Position numbers and translations under genes: made by a program. The notes beneath the pieces are model-generated. The model saw only the letters and a program-made list of their open reading frames with translations, did no database searches and was not told where the DNA came from. Of a DNA stretch of 64,000 bases, positions 55,563-64,000 are shown in pieces; position 1 is the stretch's first letter, and every line of letters starts with the position of its first letter. The DNA comes from Sporopachydermia quercuum (lineage: Eukaryota). Location of the stretch: positions 248,001 to 312,000 of the forward strand of contig BCGN01000010.1 of the NCBI GenBank assembly GCA_001599295.1, written 5' to 3'.

Positions 55563-56875
55563 TTATAATCTTGCCTTTTGGGTAAGAGTTTTTGTATTCT
55601 TCTCGAAAACGATTTTATTTTCGATGGTTCCAATAGTTTCAATCTCAATATTAACAACATCTCCATCAATTAACCATCTTCTTGGTGATCTACCCATGCC
55701 AACACCACTTGGTGTACCAGTGAAAATAATATCTCCAGGCAATAAAGTAGAACCTTGAGATAAAAATGAGATTGTTTGAGCAACATTGAAAACCTGATCA
55801 GCTGTTGTTCCATTTTGCAAAACTTCACCATTGACTGTAGTCTTGATTTTGAGATCGTTTGGATTAGGAACAACTTCTGGTGAAGCAATTGCTGGACCAA
55901 TTGGTGCCCAACCATCATACATTTTACCTAAAGAGAATTGGCTACCACCTCTTGCAGTTTGCCATAATCTATGAGACATGTCATTGCCACTACAATATCC
56001 CAGTACATAATCCAAAGCTTCTGAAACTGGTACATCTCTACATTCTTTACCGATAATGACAACTAATTCGCACTCGTAGTCAACCGAAGGAATTTCGGGA
56101 TCCTTTTCACCATCCTCTTTAGTTGTTTGAGCAATTCGGGGGACATAAATAGGTGATTCGGGTCCTGAAATAGCAGTCAATGGTTTGTAGAACAAGACTG
56201 GGTATTTGGGGATGGGATTGTTAGTCTGTAGATTACACCTGTTAGTATGAAGAGACAAGCAAAAGAGAAGAACAAGTATACTAGGAATAGCTGACTCATA
56301 GACGCAAAAAATAACACTCTGTTGATAGAGATAATGACCCAACAAGTAACAATTATATCGCTCTGCTCGATATAGCGTTTCCACTTACTTCTAATGCATG
56401 TCTAACTCTAGTTAGTAAAGGTAAAACATATTAACATATCATGATTGATTTTCCTGGTTCATTCAATTAGCAGTTAAATACATACTGAACATAGTTTAAT
56501 CCTAACAATCGAACAGTTTTAATTTGCTCCAAGTCCAATGGTGAGAGCAATTGTTCAATTGCCTATTCCTAGTTAATAATATGTACATATAAATCATTAT
56601 AAAGGATGTTAGGCGAGCTCAGAGAGAGAAACATACAAAGTAATCTCTTTTTTACTTTCTTCATTATTTCTGCTCTATGGTCCTATTTAATATTAGAATT
56701 CTCAAATACTTACCACAACTTGATCAGTAACTTTGTATGAATCAAATATATCTCCATGTATAATCTTGGCATGTGACGCAAATCTTGGATCTTTATTAGC
56801 TGCTGTTAAAATAGCATCACCATAGTGAATCTTAGAATCTTTTCCCAAGAATCTGACTAAATGTTTGAATGCCAT
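55563..56875 (-). CDS. Fumarylacetoacetate-hydrolase-superfamily (FAHD2-type) enzyme with PTS1; 3 introns
   Basis: Exons are 56875-56714, 56562-56486, 56401-56389 and 56225-55563. Spliced: MAFKHLVRF..HYGD..LLSPL..LGLNYVQHALETNNPIPKYPVLFYKP..DYECELVVIIG..GNDMSHR..GKMYDGWAPIGP..GDIIFTGTPSGVG. Ends -ARL. About 304 aa. Confidence 0.88.
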
Positions 56876-59535
56876 CTTTAATTAGTTTGATCTTCTTGAG
56901 TAGTTGTTGTTTGACGGATAAACTATTTGATTTGACTTCAATCAACTACAGCTACAGGAACAATATGGGTATTAGTTAACGGCAAAATCAGATCAACATA
57001 AATACTCTCAACAACTGATATTCGTGGGAGCTCTTATCCCAAAATTTTTCAGTGGAAGCATTTCCTCATATCAATTGTTCGTAGAGCCCCATTATATTTC
57101 CTCATACTTACCCTTATTGTCGCAATTGACAGATCCTATTACTTGGATGCGTATATAACCAGAGTATGTATGTTATACACAATTGGAATTTTGGTCCAGT
57201 CTTGTTCACTTAAAAGTTGTACCTATTTTCTTTTCCTCTCATAAGCTATTTCCCTATCTTTCTTTTTTTCATTACAGTATTTGTTGACTTCTCTATATAT
57301 TTGGGAGGTATATACGGTCTGTTTTATGTTGATTTCCTTCTTATTGTCTTTGCAGTAAAATTCGTAGCTGTTTGCGGCGAAGAGTATGGAACTGTTTTGT
57401 ATGTACCAATTGAGTTAAAATAACCCTTTTAAAGTATTGTGTGTGGTTGAGAATTGTGGGGGTTCAATGGGGGTTAATCGGGAGATCCACTATAATAAGG
57501 ATTCATAAATGTCATGTGATTATTCAAGCCGAGGAATGAGCGAATGAATGAATGATTCAGTGAATGGGTCAAGATGTAAGCCATAGAAGAGTTTGAATAT
57601 TTCCATTATAATTCAAGCAGAATAGGTCTTCATAGGATACAGCTTGAGTAATATTGGGAGATTACGAGACTGAGAGCTCCTGATAATAATTGCGAAAGGA
57701 AATAGGTTAGGACATGTGGTAAGTCAAAGGTGATTGATACGCAATAGGGAACTTGCAGTATAGGAATAGCATGAATACATAAGGAAGTGCAGTTCAGAAC
57801 AACGCCCTGCTTTCTTTAATTAAAAGACGCTTGGAATCTGTATGAGTAAAGTGATTTTATCAAGAACTATATATCAGTATAGCACCCGATGTTGCCAGCT
57901 GAATAGATGGAAGTGGCCCTTATGCGAAAACAACTCTATTAGAGGACCAAACGCAACTTAAGATGGTATCAATTCCAACTTTAGCCAGTATTAGAACTAC
58001 CACCGTATCAAAATGACAATATTAGAATATGCAATATCAAGAGTTTCCGGTTTTTTTTATTCTTCATATCATTCAATTGAGTTCAGTGCATTGTCAGCAC
58101 AACTTATCAATAATAATGATTACACGATCCATAACTCAAGAATTTATTCTAAGTCACGTGATCGTTGAATAGTGTCTCATGAATTGCATAGGACACCTTT
58201 TCACCACTATTATGAGACTCTGAGCCATTCTAGAGCCTTTGTACTAATATTATTATCATACCATGGCACACTGCAAGAAGAGACTCGATGTTGCTAGCTA
58301 GCAAATCGCTTGTTGTTTCTATCATTATTCTCCATTACTTTCTGGCATTATAGATAATCAAACAAGGCAGAATTTGTTATTTTAATGTTTTCCATCTATG
58401 TATTGCGCACGAAACCTAACCCCTCATCAGAAAATACTTCACCACCATTATACCAACTTGGCATCTCTTCCCATATTACAACAGTACATGTAAATTACGG
58501 ACTGGAATACCAGACCCTTTATAGGCTTCTCCCAATTGGTCACAGTCTCACTGGTTAGAGTTCATCACTCCATTTTTTGTACTTTCAGAATTACGCTAAG
58601 GAAAACTACTTTTTATTATATTCAAACGATCTTTCTTCCTTATTGTTGATGATAGAAATGAACACATAGATGTATGAACTGCTTTACAGATTGAAGAATA
58701 AAAGTTCAAATTTATATTCTCTATCGACATATTTGCATACAATAACCGAGCACAATGCCTAAGAACAACGTTATCGAACTTCAAAAGCTCTACCAATCAC
58801 AAGTTGGCAAGAAGCACCAATGGATGGTGGTAAGTATAGGTAGAACATTGATCAATACATCAGCTGTTTAGAGTGATATTAACATGAATCGCATAAATAG
58901 CACCCCAGATCCAAGTTTTATGTCTATCCATTTTGGGCTCTTTTTGCCTTCACCACCACTATTCCTCTCTGGTACTTGGGTAGATCTTACTTTGGTATCA
59001 AGGACAAGAAATAATCAACAACCGCCAAAGCAGCCTTTGAGACAAGTTTTTGTTATATCATATTCAGTGATATTATGAGTCTCAGTGGATTTCATTAGCA
59101 TTGTTTTGTTTTGGTTTCTGTTTATTAGTTTAGTTTTGTTACTTTTGCTGAATATATATTCGTCTTACTAATTATTTGCTGTTCACCAGTTCGAAGATTG
59201 TACAGTACAGCCCATCAACATCATCAACCTTAAAGAAAATTCTACACATATCCAACATCCCCGATCAAGTCAACTCTTGAATTGATTGACTATTTCAAAT
59301 AGAAATGTATGCAATCAGCTGATAAACAAGCGAATATAACCATTTTTTCTAAGTAAATGCTCGTTGTTATCACCCTTCATACAACTTCGCTTCTTTCACA
59401 TATAAGAAGTTTCCTTGTGATGCAGTATTCATGCGGACTGGAAATTTGTACGTAGAAAACACCATCTACATGTAAATATAGTACATAAATTGGGTATAAC
59501 ACGCAGATTGTTGCATTGAATCCTATCACTAGAAT

Positions 59536-59544
59536 AAATTTTCA
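59536..59544 (-). promoter_or_regulatory. RRPE-like element upstream of NAF1
   Basis: AAATTTTCA (TGAAAATTT on the minus strand), about 170 bp upstream of a ribosome-biogenesis gene. Confidence 0.35.
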
Positions 59545-59713
59545 TCTGTATGAGAGAATTTTCGGTGTTTTGATCTACTTATCCTTTATTGTAAATGCTC
59601 CCAGATAATGTAGACGACTGTTGATTAATTCACTGACAATCGATCAATTATAAACATAGAACGTAGTGTGCTGCGATTTCTCATAGAACTGTGATGTCTA
59701 TTGTTTGGGAAAG

Positions 59714-61633
59714 ATGATGGAAGAAAGCACTTTTGGTGCCGATAATGTTGTTTCTAAGAACAGTGACAATGATGAGATGCAAGGAAATGTTATCGAGGCC
59801 GCAAACAAAATTGGTTTTGTAGATAATGAAGCATTAGATGAACCAACGGACGAATCTGCCCGGGAAATATTGAAACAACTTGGAGAACTTGACACTGACC
59901 AGACTTCTGCCGATGTGTTAACTAAAGAGAATGAAGCTATACAAGCTACTGATAAGAGGCAAGACATTTCAAATGAAAACAGAGAAGAAACAGTGGAAGC
60001 TACAAAATATGCTGTAGCTAAATCTATTGATGATGTAACTGATGCTAGAAATGAAGATCAACAATCTGATGATCAGCAAAAGGAAGAAAACTTTATAGAA
60101 GCTGAGGAACAATTCAAAGAGTCAGACAGTATTCCAACCGTTGATGATGAAAATGCTGAAAAGAAACCGCAGGAGGAACAGGAAGATGTGGATTTCTTAT
60201 CAGCTTTGAAAACTGCATTGGCAAAAGATGAAGAGGAAAAAGAAGATAAACCAGTGATTGATGAAGTGAAAGATAGCAACAATGAGGACGAAACCTCAGA
60301 GGCCTCTGATTCTGATTCTGATTCTGACTCGGACTCGAGCTCGGATTCAAGTTCGGGCGTGGACTCTGACTCGGGGCAAGAATCCGATGAGGAACCAATT
60401 GAAGATGTGGCAATGGACTCGGAGGAAGAAGACCCAGCTTCTGGCCCAATCACATCGAAGAATGAAGTACTAGAAGAATCAGTGCCAAATCTTCCTCCTG
60501 ACCTCATTATCAAACCTTCGGATCCAATAGAGCTTATTGGTGAAGTAATATCAGCTATAGAAAAATCAATCATTATCAAGGCACATGTTTCTGGTGAGTT
60601 TCGAATTCTGACAGAAGGATCTATTTTATGTCTTGAAGATAGAACAGCGGTAGGATATCTATATGAAACTTTCGGAAGAGTGCAAGCGCCATTTTATAGA
60701 GTCAAATTCAATACTGACGAGGAATTTACTCGTTTCAAACCATTTATTGGCAAAAACGTTTATTATCTTGTGCCTAAATCGAAGTTCGAATATACAGATC
60801 AAATCCGTGCCATCAAAGGTAGCGATGCTAGTAATTGGCATGATGAGGAGGTTCCAGAAGAAGAGCAAGAGTTTTCTGATGATGAGAAAGAGCGTCAAAT
60901 GAAAGCAAGTAAGAAAAGAAAGAAGAAGAAGGTGAAGGTGAAGAAGGATGGCAATAAAAATGATATTGGCAGTGTTGATAATAAGAATAAGAATACCAGC
61001 AGCAATCCTAGTACTAGTGCTAACAGTGGTCTTAGCAGCAATAATAATAATTATTCTGCTACAGTTCTACCAACATATAGCACAAATGCTAATAAACGGC
61101 ATCAACAACAGAAAACTAGCCATTATCAGAGAAATGAATTTAACGCGTCTTCTTTTTCTTACAACAGCTACAATAACAATTACAGGAACAATACCAATAG
61201 TGCTAATATCAACCGACACAGCAATGCTGGCAATAATGCGTTCTTACCTGCAACACCTGGAAACCCTACAATGAGTTCCATGAATAACAATATGGCGTTA
61301 AATCCTCAGATGGTTCATATGCAAATGCTTCAATTCCAACAGATGATTCAAAACCAACCAACAGCTCCTGGGGGTTTGAATCCGTCAGTTAGCGTATTCA
61401 ATCAAATGCAACAGCAAATGAATACGATAAATCAGTATAATCAGTTCCAGCAACAATTCAATCAAATGAATCAGTTTAATCAAGGGACCACTTTTCCACA
61501 GCAACAACAACAGCAACTTCAACATCAGCAACAACATCAAGATCAAGATCAACAGCAGCAGCAGCAACGGCAATCTAATCAGAATAATCAAAACAATCAA
61601 TTATATCCTTATCCCAAACCAAATCCCAACTAG
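59714..61633 (+). CDS. NAF1: H/ACA snoRNP assembly factor Naf1
   Basis: Acidic N-terminus, GPITSKNEV, Gar1/Naf1 domain (ILTEGSILCLEDRTAVGYLYETFGRVQAPFYRVKF), KGSDASNWHDEEVPEEEQEFSDDEKE, N/Q-rich tail. First ATG is at 59714. Confidence 0.92.
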   Translation: MMEESTFGADNVVSKNSDNDEMQGNVIEAANKIGFVDNEALDEPTDESAREILKQLGELDTDQTSADVLTKENEAIQATDKRQDISNENREETVEATKYAVAKSIDDVTDARNEDQQSDDQQKEENFIEAEEQFKESDSIPTVDDENAEKKPQEEQEDVDFLSALKTALAKDEEEKEDKPVIDEVKDSNNEDETSEASDSDSDSDSDSSSDSSSGVDSDSGQESDEEPIEDVAMDSEEEDPASGPITSKNEVLEESVPNLPPDLIIKPSDPIELIGEVISAIEKSIIIKAHVSGEFRILTEGSILCLEDRTAVGYLYETFGRVQAPFYRVKFNTDEEFTRFKPFIGKNVYYLVPKSKFEYTDQIRAIKGSDASNWHDEEVPEEEQEFSDDEKERQMKASKKRKKKKVKVKKDGNKNDIGSVDNKNKNTSSNPSTSANSGLSSNNNNYSATVLPTYSTNANKRHQQQKTSHYQRNEFNASSFSYNSYNNNYRNNTNSANINRHSNAGNNAFLPATPGNPTMSSMNNNMALNPQMVHMQMLQFQQMIQNQPTAPGGLNPSVSVFNQMQQQMNTINQYNQFQQQFNQMNQFNQGTTFPQQQQQQLQHQQQHQDQDQQQQQQRQSNQNNQNNQLYPYPKPNPN

Positions 61634-62471
61634 CGTCAAAATATGTGTATATAAATGAAGGCTATAATTACGCGGGTGATTCTTCACGCAGGAATATGAA
61701 TATTTTCCAGTATTTGTCTGTTTATGTCAAATCAAGTCACTGTTTAGCCTCGATAATATTGTTATCGATTGTGAAATGATTGTGATGTAAATGTAATGTA
61801 TAGTACAGTTAATAGTGTGAAAGTTCTCCCGTTATTATTGCAGTAATTTAGTAGTCTAGTAATTCATATAGTTTACTGATAAGAATGTTCTATCAAAAAG
61901 TGCCAAGTATATTACTATATTCCTGTAAGTAACCAAAAAAAAAAATGTGTCCAGCATATGTTTATGAGTTGCTTTATGCTAGTTTTGATTGATGTATTGC
62001 TATAAAAGTTATCAAATGCAATTAGAGAAGAATTATTTACTATCAATAACATGGCGACAGTATTACATATATCTTTTCCGTTCTTCGTTTTAAGTGTTTC
62101 CAATTCGATCTCAAATACAATGTTTGACTCTTGTTTTGCCTTGATGCAAATTTAATTGATGAACAAAGTAATGCTGATCACAGTTGGTAGTAGAAGCTTG
62201 AAGCTCAACTAGTACTAGTAGAAAAGTATCTTTAAAAGNATCCTGTGAATTCTTGATGTTAATTTTCACTTGAAGTGGTTTAGTTGGTAGTATTTCATTA
62301 ATGTCTTGTTATTGAATTAAACTCTGATTATTGAAGTTTGTTGAGCAGGCTGTTCTATCCGATTGTTTTCTATTCTCTCAAACTTTCTGAACCACACTAG
62401 CAGACACTTTCATACAAATATGGTTGTAATAGCAACAGTTTTCATAGCATTTCGACTCATCTTTGAAGAGT

Positions 62472-64000
62472 TCATACGACCGAAAAGTTACTAGTAGGTT
62501 TATTCCCATTGGGGTACTCTGTAGACTCAAATACCAGTTCCCTTTCTAGTCCTTCACTTTTATCAAATGTTCCTTCTTCGTAGTTTAATGTTTTATGTTG
62601 CTGCAAGAGTTCTTCCTCTTTGGATGACTTCTGGTTAACATTGTTATGCAAGTTAATGCTCGATATCTCAGTTTTGGAGATCCTCTTCTTGGCTTTTCTT
62701 TTGGTGACTTTCCTCTGTGAAATAGTGTTTTCTCTTTCGGAGGCCAACTTCTCAAAAGTTGATTGAGCCACTTTTAAAGCGTCTTTAGGGAAACCTGCCA
62801 TTTGAGCTACATTCAGTGCATGTGATTTGCTGCAAACACCTTTCCGTAACTTTCTAGAAATGAAAACATCGTCAGCTTCAATCACGCTGGTACAGTAGTA
62901 TTCTATATGGTCTTTCAGAGGAGATAAAGTAGTGGTTAAACAGTTATCAGTATAAGCATTGCGTGTTGAATCAGCATCATTATCTAGCAGTCGAACTAGC
63001 TCTGGACCGTAGTGAGTAGCAAATAACGATCTACATTTGTTGTTTCTGATCAAATGTGCTAAAGTAGCAAACGCAATACTGATACCTTCTTCAGTAGTAG
63101 TGCCTCTACCAATTTCATCAACAATAGCCAATGATTTCTCGGTAGAATGGTTTAAAATGTAGCTTGTTTCAAGCATCTCCACCATGAAAGTACTCAAATC
63201 ACGATAGAGATCATCAGCAGCACCAACTCTGCTGAAGATTTGATCAACTATACCCACTTTTGCATAGTCAGCAGGAACAAAAGAGCCAATTTGCGCTAGA
63301 ATAACAATAAGAGCATTCTGTCGTAAAAATGTGCTTTTACCGCCCATATTGGGACCTGTTATTAACCACATTTTGGATTTCACATTTGGTAAGGAATCAT
63401 AAGTTTGATAATCACTGCTGCAGTTGTTACCGCCATTTTCCTTCAACTCTCCAAGTATACAATCATTAGCTGTGAAAGAATCACCTTGTGAACTCAATGC
63501 TTCTTCTACAGTCGGATGTTTTCCATTAAGGATCACTAAATCAGAAGATTCATTAATAATAGGTTTGATCCAGCGTTTTTCACCTGCCAATTCAGCAAAA
63601 GAGCATGTAACGTCTATAAAATCAAGTGTATGTGCAACCCTCCGAATAACGTTAATATTCTCCAGCACTTGTTCTCTTAAATTATTGAAAATATTTTGTT
63701 CTTCCTTATGAATACGATCTTTAATACAGTATCGTTCTTTGCCAAGAGAATCCCATTCCTCATTACGAATCCATAGTGTTGTTTTACTTTTGTCTATTAT
63801 CTTCCCTCTAATGCCCAAATCCTCAACGCTTTCAATATTTCTTATTCTCTTGGCCGAGCCTGCCACATAAACGACATGCCCATGAGCAGGTGTATACCGC
63901 AATTCTGCTCTCAATGACTTTTGATCATTCGTTAACAATGAAACCAATTCTTCTTCTAACTTTGATAGCTTTTCATCAATTGTTGCTAATTGCTCGTGAA
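62472..64000 (-). CDS. MSH1: MutS homologue, most like mitochondrial Msh1; 5' part outside the window
   Basis: GKHPTVE, WLITGPNMGGKSTFLRQNALIVILAQIGSFVPA, DQIFSRVGAADDLYRDLSTFMVEMLET, IVDEIGRGT, LFATHY, SHALNVAQMAGFP. The frame is open to the window edge. Confidence 0.88.
   Translation of the reverse strand, partial: HEQLATIDEKLSKLEEELVSLLTNDQKSLRAELRYTPAHGHVVYVAGSAKRIRNIESVEDLGIRGKIIDKSKTTLWIRNEEWDSLGKERYCIKDRIHKEEQNIFNNLREQVLENINVIRRVAHTLDFIDVTCSFAELAGEKRWIKPIINESSDLVILNGKHPTVEEALSSQGDSFTANDCILGELKENGGNNCSSDYQTYDSLPNVKSKMWLITGPNMGGKSTFLRQNALIVILAQIGSFVPADYAKVGIVDQIFSRVGAADDLYRDLSTFMVEMLETSYILNHSTEKSLAIVDEIGRGTTTEEGISIAFATLAHLIRNNKCRSLFATHYGPELVRLLDNDADSTRNAYTDNCLTTTLSPLKDHIEYYCTSVIEADDVFISRKLRKGVCSKSHALNVAQMAGFPKDALKVAQSTFEKLASERENTISQRKVTKRKAKKRISKTEISSINLHNNVNQKSSKEEELLQQHKTLNYEEGTFDKSEGLERELVFESTEYPNGNKPTSNFSVV

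Noticed and set aside
2338..63711. Numerous antisense or overlapping 60-170 aa ORFs (e.g. 2338-2727, 15432-15827, 54721-55008, 60073-60579)
   Set aside because: Shadows of real genes, mostly Ser/Leu-rich mirrors of acidic or low-complexity coding tracts.
1..64000. tRNA, rRNA, snRNA, LTR/transposon, CRISPR or point centromere; alternative CUG code
   Set aside because: No cloverleaf or B-box context, RT/transposase motifs or repeat-spacer arrays seen by eye. The TCACGTG sites lack CDEII/CDEIII. CTG occupies conserved Leu sites. tRNAscan, Infernal and RepeatMasker would be needed to exclude these fully.

Overview
AT-rich nuclear DNA from a budding yeast (Saccharomycotina). It uses the standard code: CTG sits at conserved Leu positions of Rpt3. 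I find 24 protein-coding genes. Eight of them carry 12 spliceosomal introns with degenerate branch points, so the ORF track truncates several genes. The left arm is housekeeping and keeps S. cerevisiae-like microsynteny (HPT1-UTP5-NCB2-[SMP3]-RPT3; SHB17-UIP5-like lectin-PHO86), plus APM4 and a NIPA-type transporter. The centre (about 23.5-46.5 kb) is accessory and catabolic. It holds a C2H2 TF, a homogentisate-dioxygenase-like enzyme with an active-site His->Glu change, an alpha/beta hydrolase, an NAD(P)-binding SDR and a PPR gene. These are followed by an MFS transporter, a Zn2Cys6 TF (DNA-binding domain split by an intron) and a GATA-rich amidase. The right arm has VPS62, a second PPR gene, a 4-exon PSH1-like RING ligase, a 4-exon peroxisomal FAH-family hydrolase with a 13-nt micro-exon, NAF1 and the 3' part of MSH1. 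I recognised no tRNA, rRNA, snRNA, transposon or CRISPR. The best leads are the two candidate catabolic modules, the structured 490-nt SHB17 intron and the FAH micro-exon. All gene names come from motif recall, not database searches.
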